DNA of 55,297 bases from Candidatus Micrarchaeota archaeon (GCA_027365735.1 DAHXLY010000032.1:1-55297); one strand, 5' to 3'; counted from the stretch's first letter, positions 9,587 through 18,931 are shown. The notes: a model not told the origin generated them from the letters alone. Program-made: numbers and translations.

Positions 9587-11884
9587 CTAACCACACTTGC
9601 TGTACGAGCACTTCGGGCAGGTGAAGCACCCGCTTCCGGCAATCATCGTGTTACCGCACTCGGGGCACTTTTCCCCAACGACGTTAGCGGAGAACACATA
9701 GCTAGCAGCCGAATCCCTTACCGCAGCCATGTTGACAGCCTTCGCCCCTTCGTCGTGGCGCTTGTGCGCGTCCTTTACGCTATCGAGACCCCTTTGCGAG
9801 GATTCGCTCTTGACTGCCTGCAGTACCTGGACGGACTTCGACTGGTCCCTGTATACGGTGATGCCCTTGCAGTTCGTGTCCCACGCCAGCTGATAAGCTT
9901 GCTCTATGTCCTGCGGGGTCGCCCAGCTCGGGAAGTTGATCGTCTTCGACACGCCGTTGTCGGTGTACTTCTGGAAGACCGCCTGCATCTTGACGTGCCA
10001 TTCCGGGTTGATGTCGAAAGCAGTGACGAAAAGCTTCCTTACTTCTGCCGGCACCTCCTCGATGTCCTGGATTGAGACCCTGTTGGCGAGCTTCTGCATC
10101 AGCTCCTCGCTGTAGAATTTCTTCTCTAGGGACATTGCCTCAAACTCGTTGTTCACCTCTATCAGGTTAGAGCCGATCGTATCACGCACATTCCTGAGGT
10201 ACACCACAGAGAACATGGGCTCTATGCCTTGCGAACACCCTCCCGCAATTATGCTAATCGTTCCAGTCGGGGCAATGGTTGTGACAGTCGAGTTCCTAAG
10301 TGGCTTGTGGCCAAGCCTTGCCCAGATGCTGTTTTCGAATTCCGGGAACGCACCCCTTTCCTCCGCGAGTTCCTCGCTCATCTTCCTTCCATTGTCGGTG
10401 ACAAAGGACATGACCTTCTCGGCGAGTGAGAGCGCCTCATTGCTGTCGTACTTAATTCCGAGCTTTACAAGCATATCAGCCCAACCCATGATTCCCAGGC
10501 CAATCCTCCTGATCTTCCTGCTGACCTCGTCTATCTGAGGCAGCGGATAGTGGTTCATCTCCACCACATCATCAAGGAATCTCGCTGCAAGCCTCGTGAC
10601 CCTTCTGAGCTCGTCCCAGTCCACCTCGTAGTGGTGGTCGGTCCTCTTGACCATCTTAGCGAGATTTATCGATCCCAGATTACAAGAGTCATACGGGTAC
10701 AACGGCTGTTCACCGCAGGGATTTGTCGACTCGATCGGCCCGTACTTCGGAACAGGGTTTGCGTAGCTCGCATTTATCCTGTCCAGGAATACCAGCCCTG
10801 GATCTCCCGTCTTCCACGCCATTGTCACGATCAGGTTCCAGACTGCCTTTGCGTTCAACCTGGCAACCGGCTTGCCGTTCCTTGGATTAATTAAGTGATA
10901 CTCCTTTCCTTCCTTGACTGCCTTCATAAACACATCAGTCACTCCCACAGAGATGTTGAAGTTCCTAAGCGTACCCTCGCGCTCCTTGAGCACTATGAAG
11001 TCCAAAATGTCCGGGTGATCGATCTTAAGGATACCCATGTTGGCTCCCCTCCTCTTTCCGCCCTGCTTGATCTCCTCGGTCGAGGCGTCGAATATCTTCA
11101 TAAACGAGACCGGGCCTGATGCCACGCCGCTGGTGCTGCTCACAAAGTCATTAGATGGCCTGAGCCTCGAGAATGCGAATCCGGTACCTCCGCCGGTCTT
11201 GTGGACGAGGGCCTGGTACTTGAGGGCGTCAAATATCTCCGGGATAGAGTCTCCCACTGGAAGGACAAAACACGCACTCAGCTGTCCGTCCTTTGTCCCT
11301 GCGTTCATGAGCGTCGGGGAGTTCGGCATGAACTTGAACTTCGAAATTGCCTCGTAGAAGTCGCTTTCGATCTTCGCCACCTCTGCTTCATTCTTTCCGT
11401 ACTTCTTCTCAGCTGAGGAGATCGCCTTTGCCACCCTGGTGAACAGCTGCTTTGGTGATTCAATTATCTTTCCTGTCTCGTCCTTCAGCAAGTATCTAGC
11501 CGCCAGCACGATGAGCGAGTTGATTGGAACCTTCAGGTCGTCGGCCGGTATCCCGAGGCTCTTTCTGAACGTCCTGATCTCTGCATGTTTGTTCCTATAG
11601 AGTATGTAGGACTTAGCCACATTAGGCTCGTTCTTCATCAGGACCATTTCGACTATATCCTGGATCTGCTCCACATCAAGCTCCTCCTTGTTGAGCATCC
11701 TTATCTCATCGACCACCTGCTTCGCCACATTTCTGGCGGTTTCGGTGTTCACCTCCTTCTCCTCCTGGCGATAGACGTCGTTGTACGCGTTGTAAATTGC
11801 GTTCTCCACCTTCTCGCTATTGAAGGGCACCCTCTCCTTGTTCCTCTTAATCACAAACTTAGGATTTGCTTTCTGATCCACCAT
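9587..11884 (-). CDS. nrdJ: class II (adenosylcobalamin-dependent) ribonucleotide reductase with ATP-cone and C-terminal zinc ribbon
   Basis: ATP-cone VIKRNKERVPFNSEKVENAIYNA, active-site loop STNPCGEQPLYPYDSCNLGSINL, C-terminal CPECG...CFTCPKC. ATG at 11884 is preferred over the upstream GTG at 11908. Confidence 0.9.
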   Translation of the reverse strand: MVDQKANPKFVIKRNKERVPFNSEKVENAIYNAYNDVYRQEEKEVNTETARNVAKQVVDEIRMLNKEELDVEQIQDIVEMVLMKNEPNVAKSYILYRNKHAEIRTFRKSLGIPADDLKVPINSLIVLAARYLLKDETGKIIESPKQLFTRVAKAISSAEKKYGKNEAEVAKIESDFYEAISKFKFMPNSPTLMNAGTKDGQLSACFVLPVGDSIPEIFDALKYQALVHKTGGGTGFAFSRLRPSNDFVSSTSGVASGPVSFMKIFDASTEEIKQGGKRRGANMGILKIDHPDILDFIVLKEREGTLRNFNISVGVTDVFMKAVKEGKEYHLINPRNGKPVARLNAKAVWNLIVTMAWKTGDPGLVFLDRINASYANPVPKYGPIESTNPCGEQPLYPYDSCNLGSINLAKMVKRTDHHYEVDWDELRRVTRLAARFLDDVVEMNHYPLPQIDEVSRKIRRIGLGIMGWADMLVKLGIKYDSNEALSLAEKVMSFVTDNGRKMSEELAEERGAFPEFENSIWARLGHKPLRNSTVTTIAPTGTISIIAGGCSQGIEPMFSVVYLRNVRDTIGSNLIEVNNEFEAMSLEKKFYSEELMQKLANRVSIQDIEEVPAEVRKLFVTAFDINPEWHVKMQAVFQKYTDNGVSKTINFPSWATPQDIEQAYQLAWDTNCKGITVYRDQSKSVQVLQAVKSESSQRGLDSVKDAHKRHDEGAKAVNMAAVRDSAASYVFSANVVGEKCPECGNTMIAGSGCFTCPKCSYSKCG

Positions 11885-12071
11885 GCAAAACACCACACAA
11901 TACCACACAACTGAAAGACCGGTGAAAAAGTATCGACAAATAAGATTTAAATACCCTCACCGGATTGAAAGTGTGAAAAAGCTACTTGCTTTTACTTGTG
12001 TAAAAAATAAAGTCTGTTGCTCCATACTTTTTGAAAATTAACGACGGCAAAAACTTTAAAGAAAATAAGAA

Positions 12072-12533
12072 TTAAATGGGATTTTTTTTGTCGACGTCAT
12101 CACAGTCTTCGTTGAACTCTCCCTTCAGCTCGCTCCACGCCTTTTTGTAATCGTCGTGCTGGCTACGGTCGACGTTGAAGAAAAGCCACTGCGAGAAGGA
12201 TGCATCGTTGACGTTCTTCGAAGATACCTCTACAATGTCGAAGTTGCTAATTGACTGCCACTTCTTCTCCTTTGCCTCGAGGTATTCCTTCTTCACATCG
12301 GGGCTGTTAATCATGATTCCTGGCTCGGTCAGGGCTTTGGAGGTCTGCCAGGAGTGTCCCGAAGCAAAAGATGCGATAATTATGGCCTTTATCCGCGTGA
12401 GGTCATCCTCGGGCAGATTGGGTGCGTTCCCTCCGCCACTCCAGCCATTTCCCTTCACGGCTCCCTTCGCAGCAGTCTTCTTGATCCTGTTCGACAGCAT
12501 ATCGAACTTGGTCAAATTATATTTGATCGGCAC
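12072..12533 (-). CDS. hypothetical protein
   Basis: 153-aa ORF with an acidic C-terminus and no recognised motif. Divergent from 12680..13096 across a TATA-containing spacer (CTATATAAGC). Confidence 0.5.
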   Translation of the reverse strand: MPIKYNLTKFDMLSNRIKKTAAKGAVKGNGWSGGGNAPNLPEDDLTRIKAIIIASFASGHSWQTSKALTEPGIMINSPDVKKEYLEAKEKKWQSISNFDIVEVSSKNVNDASFSQWLFFNVDRSQHDDYKKAWSELKGEFNEDCDDVDKKNPI

Positions 12534-12679
12534 GGTCGTCCCTTCCTAACAGACTTTTATCAGACTTGGTCGCTACTGTTCTGTCTGGGGATGGTACTTC
12601 TGATGGTATGGATTGAATGGCAAACTATATAAGCGTGATTACATAGAAAATCTTATCTAAAACTGTTTTAGGCGATCGA

Positions 12680-13096
12680 ATGGGAATCCTCAGCGGCATT
12701 TTCGGCAAGAAAGATGTGGCTACAGATCTGACAAAGCAGGCTCCATACAAGCTTTCGAGCGAGTGGACGCCGTACAAACTTTATTCCGGGAGGAAGAGTT
12801 CCGCGCTGCTTAACGTAAGGGTGAGGAACATGACAAATGAGGTGCTGCTCACTTCTGTTGTGGCCGAGCTGCCAAAGCAGCTTGGATTCGAGGCGATGAA
12901 ACTTTCCAGCCAAATGGAAAAACGCGTTGGAGAGATTGCACCGCAAGAGGAGAAGGAGATAAGGTTTGAGGTCTTCAGCGGCGTCAACTCCGACAAAGGC
13001 CAGTACACGGTGAATCTAACGACCTTTGCACATTACCGCGACTACGGACATGTGCTTAACTACGTGAAGAAGAAGATAACCATCGACGTCGTATAG
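12680..13096 (+). CDS. hypothetical protein (beta-rich)
   Basis: 138-aa ORF, with an alternating pattern in LLNVRVRNMTNEVLLTSVVAEL ... YTVNLTTFAHY suggestive of a beta-sandwich. No family recognised. Confidence 0.5.
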   Translation: MGILSGIFGKKDVATDLTKQAPYKLSSEWTPYKLYSGRKSSALLNVRVRNMTNEVLLTSVVAELPKQLGFEAMKLSSQMEKRVGEIAPQEEKEIRFEVFSGVNSDKGQYTVNLTTFAHYRDYGHVLNYVKKKITIDVV

Positions 13097-13128
13097 CCAC
13101 TCCTGCACTTAGAACAAAACGTACACCA

Positions 13129-13236
13129 CTAGTGTAGCGGCAGAATCAGGCGTGGGGGCTCTTCTATCTCCTTGAGGACCCCCTTGCTGATCGTGTAGGG
13201 TTTTGGTGGTTTCAATTGGAATGTTACTGACGACAT
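13129..13236 (-). pseudogene. truncated member of the LKPPKPYTIS family (35 codons)
   Basis: Hand translation of the minus strand gives MSSVTFQLKPPKPYTISKGVLKEIEEPPRLILPLH*. It starts 5 nt after the stop of 13242..13811. Its head matches MASTTFQLKPPKPYTIS of 54590..55174. Confidence 0.6.
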
Positions 13237-13241
13237 GATTA

Positions 13242-13811
13242 TCACTGCGGTCTTTGTGCAACCGGCACCCCGACCACCACCGGAGCGGCAATCTGCGGCT
13301 CGTAGTCGGCATACAGGAAGAAACGCCAGCCAATGCCGGGAGCGACGTAGTCCGAATAGACGCCGAACGACAGCGGCCGGTTTCCCTTACAAACATTAAC
13401 CTTCCGCTCTGCCGAGAGCCTTTCCTCCCTTGCAATCTCTCTTAGCTCGCCTTTTTCGTTGATTGTGAATACTCCTTCCTTTTCTATACCCTGACCCGCG
13501 AGCCAGAAATGCTTTCCCTTCAGGGCGTTCTTGAGCTGTTCGTCCTCCATCAGGAGAAGAAGGAGTTCCTGGTATGTCATGGGCCTCAGCCCTGCCTCTG
13601 AAAGGAGTTTCATTGACTCAGGATGATTTGCCCTTTTTTCAAGGATGTGCAACGTCTTTCCGGTAGCGCCCATGACCTGCCTGAAGCCGTTTTTGTCGGC
13701 CTGCGGCGGTCTCCTCGGCTCGACTGGCAACGGTTCCGCGAGTGCCGCGTCCAAAGCCTCCTGGCTGATCGTATACGGCTTTGGTGGCTTCAGCTGCATC
13801 ATTCCCTGCAT
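13242..13811 (-). CDS. LKPPKPYTIS-family protein, copy A (189 aa), unknown function
   Basis: Colinear with 34893..35483, 43268..43858 and 54590..55174. Shared blocks are MQLKPPKPYTISQEALDA, GATGKTLHILEK, LLSEAGLRP.TYQE, LLMEDEQLKNALKGK.FW.AGQG, GVFTINEKGEL, GN.PLSF.VYSD and APVVVGVP. Differences between paralogs are in-frame, which supports coding. Confidence 0.85.
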   Translation of the reverse strand: MQGMMQLKPPKPYTISQEALDAALAEPLPVEPRRPPQADKNGFRQVMGATGKTLHILEKRANHPESMKLLSEAGLRPMTYQELLLLLMEDEQLKNALKGKHFWLAGQGIEKEGVFTINEKGELREIAREERLSAERKVNVCKGNRPLSFGVYSDYVAPGIGWRFFLYADYEPQIAAPVVVGVPVAQRPQ

Positions 13812-13892
13812 ATCTATCGCTAGGGCGTCGTTTTTTCTGATATTTAATGGCTACTATTTTGAACAAAAACAGCATAAGGTGTCGTTATTTTG
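13812..13892 (-). promoter_or_regulatory. conserved 5' module of the family (TATA box plus upstream block), copy A
   Basis: Minus-strand read: CAAAATAACG...GCTGTTTTTGTTC...AGCCATTAAATATCAGAAAAAACGACGCCCTAGCGATAGAT-ATG. TATA TTAAATAT is at 13840-13847. The module begins 5 nt after the stop of the upstream wHTH gene. Confidence 0.6.
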
Positions 13893-13896
13893 ACAT

Positions 13897-14241
13897 CTAC
13901 TTCTTCTCCTGCTTTTCTGGCTGTGGTGGCTGCGGCTTTGGCTCTTCCGACTGTTTTGGTTGCGGTGCGGACTGCTGCGGCAGCTGGCTGATTATCGTGT
14001 AAACTGTGCCGAGCGCATCAGCGAGCCTCATTCCCTTCTCGGTGAGCTTGATCTCCTTTATCTTTCCGTGCTTCTCGTTCGCGGTCAGGCCCATCTGCTC
14101 GCACTTCTTTATGAAGTTGCTCGTATGCACGTAGGTCGAGTCGCTCGCCTTGGCCAGGGTCGCAAGGTACCACGGCTGCTGGACGTTCTTCAACAGCAGG
14201 AATATACGAGCCTGCTTGTCCTTGAGAAGTATCACTCCCAT
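13897..14241 (-). CDS. winged-helix DNA-binding protein with Gln/Pro-rich tail
   Basis: 114 aa. ARIFLLLKNVQQPWYLATLAKASDSTYVHTSNFIKKCEQMGL...KEIKLTEKG reads as HTH plus wing, followed by the tail QQSAPQPKQSEEPKPQPPQPEKQEKK. Confidence 0.6.
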   Translation of the reverse strand: MGVILLKDKQARIFLLLKNVQQPWYLATLAKASDSTYVHTSNFIKKCEQMGLTANEKHGKIKEIKLTEKGMRLADALGTVYTIISQLPQQSAPQPKQSEEPKPQPPQPEKQEKK

Positions 14242-14270
14242 CGAATCAGGATATGTTCTTTCTGAAGATA

Positions 14271-15077
14271 TTAAGTTGTTTGTTCGCCGGCCCCCAGCTT
14301 GAGATGCCCCTCGAGGTCCATTTCGAAAAGCCTGTCATCCTTAGCCTGCTGTCTCTCGTACTTCGACTTGTCAACGTAGTCCTTCCTGAACAGCAACAGG
14401 CCTAGGAGAGTACCGACCACGAAACCGGGGTAAGATACAATTCCAAGGTCGTTCACCGCGGTTTGGGACATTATGCCGGCGAGTTGCACGCCAAACGAGG
14501 CGCCATGCTGGTTGATGAAATCTATAGCTCCAGAAACCAACCCGTAAATGAAGCTCACAGTTCCAAGGAATGCATACCTGGTGTTCTTTTCCATCAGCCC
14601 GCGCGGATCGAACATGTCCTTCAATGCGCTCTTTGGCGCATCCTGCCTGATCAACTCCTCCGCGTTCTTGTAGTAGGTGAACCTTATCTCGTTTAGCATC
14701 CTCTTGGTGAGCCTTCCGACCTGCGCATCAAATGCGTTTATCTCCCTCTTCAGCTTCCTGTTCTTCTTTGTCGGGGAGGCGTCGCACAGCTGCTCCGCAT
14801 ACTTCTTGACCAGCTCCACAGCGGTATCGAACGCCTGCTGCGGCCTGAAATAATCCTCCCAAAGCGACCTCTTGAGCTCCTCTGTGACTTGGAGGTTGCC
14901 GCTCCTCGCCTGTTCCCTGATTCCCCTTAGTTTTAGGTACTGCTCCATCTGCAGGTGGTACACGGGCTGAAGCTTCCTCAGGGATTCATGCGTCTTTTCA
15001 TAGCTCGGGCTCGTGATTGAGAGGATGCTCTCAACTACGCGGTTTTGGTTCCCGTTCATCTTCGTTGCTGTTGCCAT
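14271..15077 (-). CDS. hypothetical membrane protein (long helical N-domain plus two C-terminal TM segments)
   Basis: 268 aa, with hydrophobic segments FLGTVSFIYGLVSGAIDFI and YPGFVVGTLLGLLLF followed by a charged tail. The upstream sequence CAGCTACCATTAAGTATCAGAAAA (15107-15130, minus) resembles the family promoter core. Confidence 0.6.
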   Translation of the reverse strand: MATATKMNGNQNRVVESILSITSPSYEKTHESLRKLQPVYHLQMEQYLKLRGIREQARSGNLQVTEELKRSLWEDYFRPQQAFDTAVELVKKYAEQLCDASPTKKNRKLKREINAFDAQVGRLTKRMLNEIRFTYYKNAEELIRQDAPKSALKDMFDPRGLMEKNTRYAFLGTVSFIYGLVSGAIDFINQHGASFGVQLAGIMSQTAVNDLGIVSYPGFVVGTLLGLLLFRKDYVDKSKYERQQAKDDRLFEMDLEGHLKLGAGEQTT

Positions 15078-15202
15078 TCCCTCACTTTCGCATCATAAAT
15101 AGCGCATTTTCTGATACTTAATGGTAGCTGAAATGTGAAATGTTTGTGAAAAATATTGCTATTTTGATACCGGCAAGTGGCGGTTATCGAGGAAAAACAT
15201 AA

Positions 15203-15277
15203 CGGGTCTGGCGGGATTTGAACCCGCAACCTTCTGGTCCGAAGCCAGACGCGCTATCCAAGTTACGCCACAGACCC
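15203..15277 (-). tRNA. tRNA-Arg: tRNA-Arg (anticodon TCG)
   Basis: Reverse complement GGGTCTGTGGCGTAACTTGGATAGCGCGTCTGGCTTCGGACCAGAAGGTTGCGGGTTCAAATCCCGCCAGACCCG. Acceptor GGGTCTG/CAGACCC, anticodon arm TCTGG-CTTCGGA-CCAGA. Confidence 0.9.
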
Positions 15278-15328
15278 ATTGAATAAAATAAGCATCAGCA
15301 AAGATTTATATTAGAAAGAGTGAGAGGC

Positions 15329-16042
15329 CTATTCCACAGGCCGGTTGGCCATGAAGGTGTTCATCTTCGACTGTTTAATGCCCTCGATCGTCTCCCAGTA
15401 CTGGCGGATGTGCTTCTGGAACTCCTCATTCTTCATGTTCGCCTTCACCGCGTCGACGGTCTTCTGGTCGGACGGGTATCCAGAGCCTATTTCAACGCCG
15501 AGGTCGTCCTCGATCTTCCTGACTGCATCGTCTCTCGTCACTTTTGCTATGATGCTAGCTGCCGAAACGACCGGATATCTTGCATCCGCCTTGTGCTCGG
15601 CGACTATCTTAGTGTATTGCCCCTTGACGCGCTCCATCTTCACCCCGTCCACCCTTGTCGCTTTGGTGCTGTAGATATTCACGCGCATCCCGAATTTGCT
15701 CGCAATCACGTCCGGCGAGTCGAGATATAGAGTGGAAACGTGGTTCTCGAGCTTCTCGAACAGCCTTGCGAACCTGACCGCCTCGAGCTCGTTGAGGGAG
15801 ATGTTGCTCGCCATTGCGTTGTTTATCTCCTCCGGGTAGATGCAGTCCACCAACACTTCCGTGGCGGCCTTCTTGATTTTGCTGAACAGCTCCGATCTCC
15901 TTTCAGCAGACAGAAGTTTGGAGTCCCTCACCCCGATGTCGGCGAGCCTCTTCTCACTCGTCTTGTTGATCGCCACTATCGAGATCACCAGCGGGCCGAG
16001 CACCGCCCCTCTGCCTGCCTCATCTCCTCCTGAAATTATCAT
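15329..16042 (-). CDS. rnhB: ribonuclease HII
   Basis: MIISGGDEAGRGAVLGPLVISIV (DEAGRG), DSKLLSAERR, YLDSPD, SAASIIAKVTRD. Confidence 0.9.
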   Translation of the reverse strand: MIISGGDEAGRGAVLGPLVISIVAINKTSEKRLADIGVRDSKLLSAERRSELFSKIKKAATEVLVDCIYPEEINNAMASNISLNELEAVRFARLFEKLENHVSTLYLDSPDVIASKFGMRVNIYSTKATRVDGVKMERVKGQYTKIVAEHKADARYPVVSAASIIAKVTRDDAVRKIEDDLGVEIGSGYPSDQKTVDAVKANMKNEEFQKHIRQYWETIEGIKQSKMNTFMANRPVE

Positions 16043-16097
16043 AAAGCACCTGCCAAGCTGTGCTAATATATTGCCAGATTAAATATAAAAAGCGGTG

Positions 16098-16583
16098 CTA
16101 ATCCCTCCTCAATACCCTGGCTGGTCGGGTTACAGTCTCGGTCACTATCCTCATGGCCGTACCGTTTAGCGCCTTTTCCACCAGCTCCCCGGCCCTGCGG
16201 GCGGCGAGTTCGCCCATTGTAACGCCCCCATCAACCTCTTCCGTCCAGTCACGGAGGTTGGCGTATATGTTTGACCCGCAGATGTACAAACCAACCATCA
16301 ACCTGCCGAGCAAAACCTCCCTCTCAGAGTGACCATCTTTGCCATCAGACCGATGTAGCGATGCTTTGTTGACCCAGTATATGGAGTTGACCAGATCCAG
16401 ATAATCGTTTAGGTAGGCTTGGAGTTCCGATGAAAAAGCATCGCTTGCGCCCTTTACGCGTATCGACTTGATGTTGTCCCGCGGCCAGTTGTCAATGCCC
16501 TGGAGCTCAGAGGCAAGTTGCATGAACCCCTCCCTGAGCTTCGCTTCCGGGGAAGCTTCCTGTAGTTTTGCTGTAATTGCCAT
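16098..16583 (-). CDS. hypothetical protein
   Basis: 161-aa ORF with plausible composition and no recognised motif. Confidence 0.5.
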   Translation of the reverse strand: MAITAKLQEASPEAKLREGFMQLASELQGIDNWPRDNIKSIRVKGASDAFSSELQAYLNDYLDLVNSIYWVNKASLHRSDGKDGHSEREVLLGRLMVGLYICGSNIYANLRDWTEEVDGGVTMGELAARRAGELVEKALNGTAMRIVTETVTRPARVLRRD

Positions 16584-16670
16584 GCTTTGGCTCAGTTCGA
16601 ATTGTTATTTATACCTTCGGCTCTGCCGTAAAACCAAAAGAATTAGAGAAAATAAAAGAAAAGAAGAACT

Positions 16671-16922
16671 TTACCAGTTCTTCCTGTCCACGACCGCGTA
16701 GTCGTTCACTGCCAAAACGGAATTGTACGGGATCTTGATCTGCCCGCCCTCGACCTTCATCTTGTTCGCAAGGCCCGAGTCCAGGTTCGGCTCGACCACC
16801 AAGTTGGTTATCTTGCCCGTTACCTCGCTTATCTCTATGTCGAACAGCCTGCCGACATCGAATCCGTCGCTCGTTATTACTTTCTTGCCTACAAGTTGCC
16901 TCGCTATGATGAATTTTACCAT
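16671..16922 (-). CDS. PRC-barrel domain protein
   Basis: 83 aa. LVGKKVITSDGFDVGRLFDIEISEVTGKITNLVVEP...IPYNSVLAVNDYAVV is a typical small archaeal PRC barrel. Confidence 0.7.
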   Translation of the reverse strand: MVKFIIARQLVGKKVITSDGFDVGRLFDIEISEVTGKITNLVVEPNLDSGLANKMKVEGGQIKIPYNSVLAVNDYAVVDRKNW

Positions 16923-17047
16923 TCAAACACCTGTTTTCTTGACGAAAAGTCAATATGTTATTAGCTATTTGATTTATAAACGTTTACCTTTTTTCTCGAT
17001 AGTAACCTATAGTGGAATTTTGATATTTTGGGGTGTTTTGGCGCTTT

Positions 17048-17605
17048 TTACTCCGCAGTCAGCGCGTATCTCACCGCAATCAGCATCAGCCAGGTGATGA
17101 AGTACGAGATGAACGCAAACAGGCTGTTCCACGCCGGGGCGTAGACGAAGAGCCCCTGCCTTATCAGTAACCACTCTCCAAGTGACCCAAAGAGCGCGAA
17201 GACGAAGCAACTGGCTAGCGAATGCATGGCGTTGAATTTCCTTGGCATGCGCATCGCCCATGCCGTCCCTCCGAAGAAGGCAATCCCCATTACCTGGAGC
17301 GGGACCACGCCGACCGCAAATTGGCTTATGGTGTGCCATAGGCCAAACACCCAGCCGGTGTTCTCGAATATGAAATCGAACACCAAGAGGAAGAGTCCGA
17401 CCGCCATCGCCTTCGGCAAACTTCTGCTCTTGTTGAGATACACTTCCAAAGCGAACCACACGATAGCGCTCGCAAGGAGGATCCACCATGCAAGCTGACC
17501 GACGTGCACAAAGTAGAACAGCAGCCCCAATAGTATGAAATATCCGACCAGAACACTGAGTTCTGTCGATTCTTTGCTGCCAACGTAACTTTTCATTAAG
17601 AGCAC
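17048..17605 (-). CDS. hypothetical integral membrane protein
   Basis: 185 aa with about 5-6 hydrophobic helices. No family recognised. Confidence 0.6.
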   Translation of the reverse strand: MLLMKSYVGSKESTELSVLVGYFILLGLLFYFVHVGQLAWWILLASAIVWFALEVYLNKSRSLPKAMAVGLFLLVFDFIFENTGWVFGLWHTISQFAVGVVPLQVMGIAFFGGTAWAMRMPRKFNAMHSLASCFVFALFGSLGEWLLIRQGLFVYAPAWNSLFAFISYFITWLMLIAVRYALTAE

Positions 17606-17693
17606 CGTACCCTAAGTCTAGAGTACATCTTGATTGTAAGCAAAAATTCTTATACTGCAGGCTTTCGTTCTGCGGGCCGATGAAGCTTTAATG

Positions 17694-18008
17694 CTATGGC
17701 CTTAGCAGCTGCATCGCTAGAACGCCTGCCTTTGTAGCGGCAAAAACCGTCTCGGCTAGTCCGGATTCCTCCGGTGTTGGCTGTTTTTTAATTGACAGGC
17801 CTTCGTTCTTAACGAACCCACCATCGACAAGCGGTGCTAGGTAGTAGCATACCGTGTCCTCGCCCATATGTGAACCGCGCAATTTCAATAGCCTCTCTGA
17901 TATTCCCTTTGATGAAAGTGCCTTTTCGGATGTACTCAATTCACGTAGAATTATAACGCTGTTTAGCGGCATCCTCTCAATCTCGCTAATCCTGTATCCC
18001 AATGCCAT
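17694..18008 (-). CDS. putative winged-helix (ArsR/MarR-like) DNA-binding protein
   Basis: 104 aa. SVIILRELSTSEKALSSKGISERLLKLRG...DTVCYYLAPLVDGGFVKNEG looks like HTH plus wing. Weak call. Confidence 0.4.
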   Translation of the reverse strand: MALGYRISEIERMPLNSVIILRELSTSEKALSSKGISERLLKLRGSHMGEDTVCYYLAPLVDGGFVKNEGLSIKKQPTPEESGLAETVFAATKAGVLAMQLLRP

Positions 18009-18064
18009 AATACCACAGAAAGCTTTCCAGTGGTCAGCTATTTAAGGAATTCGTGCAAACAAAA

Positions 18065-18137
18065 GTGCGTCAGCCGGGATTTGAACCCGGGTTGTCGCCT
18101 TGGGAAGGCGAAGTTCTACCAGGCTATACTACTGACG
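18065..18137 (-). tRNA. tRNA-Gly: tRNA-Gly (anticodon CCC)
   Basis: Reverse complement GCGTCAGTAGTATAGCCTGGTAGAACTTCGCCTTCCCAAGGCGACAACCCGGGTTCAAATCCCGGCTGACGCA. Anticodon arm TCGCC-TTCCCAA-GGCGA. Confidence 0.88.
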
Positions 18138-18154
18138 CGCAGAAAAATATTAGA

Positions 18155-18931
18155 CTACCTGATATATGAAGGCTTCCTGGGCTCCTCGATTCCCGGTGGC
18201 ATCGCAATCCCTCCACCCTGCTGGCGTTCCAATTCCTTCAGCGCCGCGGCGGTTTTTTCGATTATCTTGTCGAGGTTCTTGGTGTTCACGTCAAGCCCTA
18301 TACACTTCGCCAACACCTTAAGTACTGCCTTAGCCGCCGATGCATCAATGTCCAGCACAGTCGTCTCTCCCATTATGCATATGCCGTCCAGCTTCGCCAT
18401 CTTCGCGAATGCGATTATCATTCCTGCCGATCCGAGGATCGCGCCTCTCGTCTTTCCGAAGACAATTCCGCTCTCCTTGAATTGGTCCTTCACCTCCTTC
18501 CTGGTGACATTCCCGTAAACCGCAGGCTCCTTTGCCATCTCTCTTGCCGCATTGTACCCGCCAAGCGTGTAGATGAAACTTCCTCCGAGCTTGTCCTTGA
18601 AAAACCTGACGATCTCGTGGTTTACCTCGTACTGGCCCTCGCTGGTTATCGCCTGCGTCTCGCCGGTCAGGAGCACGATGTCGTTCTTCAGCTTCTTGTC
18701 CTTTAGGACATAGAACCTGTTGCCAACCAGCCTTATCCCGCCGTTCTTCAGCATAACAACCTGGTGTGGGAAGTGAGCCGAGTACATCGTTGCAAACTTT
18801 TCAAATTTAAACTGGTGCCTCAGGTGTTCGGCGATGAGCTTACCGACGCTCCCGATGCCTGGTAGCCCGACTATCATTATCGGTTTGTTGAGCTTGACAG
18901 GCCTCTTCATCACTATTCGCGTTCCTTGCAT
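18155..18931 (-). CDS. PAC2-family (proteasome assembly chaperone-like, COG1938) protein
   Basis: The N-terminal KPIMIVGLPGIGSVGKLIAEHL is typical of the archaeal PAC2 family. It lies downstream of aIF2-alpha, as in the conserved archaeal cluster. Confidence 0.7.
   Translation of the reverse strand: MQGTRIVMKRPVKLNKPIMIVGLPGIGSVGKLIAEHLRHQFKFEKFATMYSAHFPHQVVMLKNGGIRLVGNRFYVLKDKKLKNDIVLLTGETQAITSEGQYEVNHEIVRFFKDKLGGSFIYTLGGYNAAREMAKEPAVYGNVTRKEVKDQFKESGIVFGKTRGAILGSAGMIIAFAKMAKLDGICIMGETTVLDIDASAAKAVLKVLAKCIGLDVNTKNLDKIIEKTAAALKELERQQGGGIAMPPGIEEPRKPSYIR

Noticed and set aside
12072-15277. The block of hypothetical genes between nrdJ and tRNA-Arg, considered as a tRNA-targeted integrated element.
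   Set aside because: There is no integrase or recombinase. No partial duplicate of the tRNA-Arg 3' end is visible at the far border (11909-12071). No capsid or replication genes were recognised.
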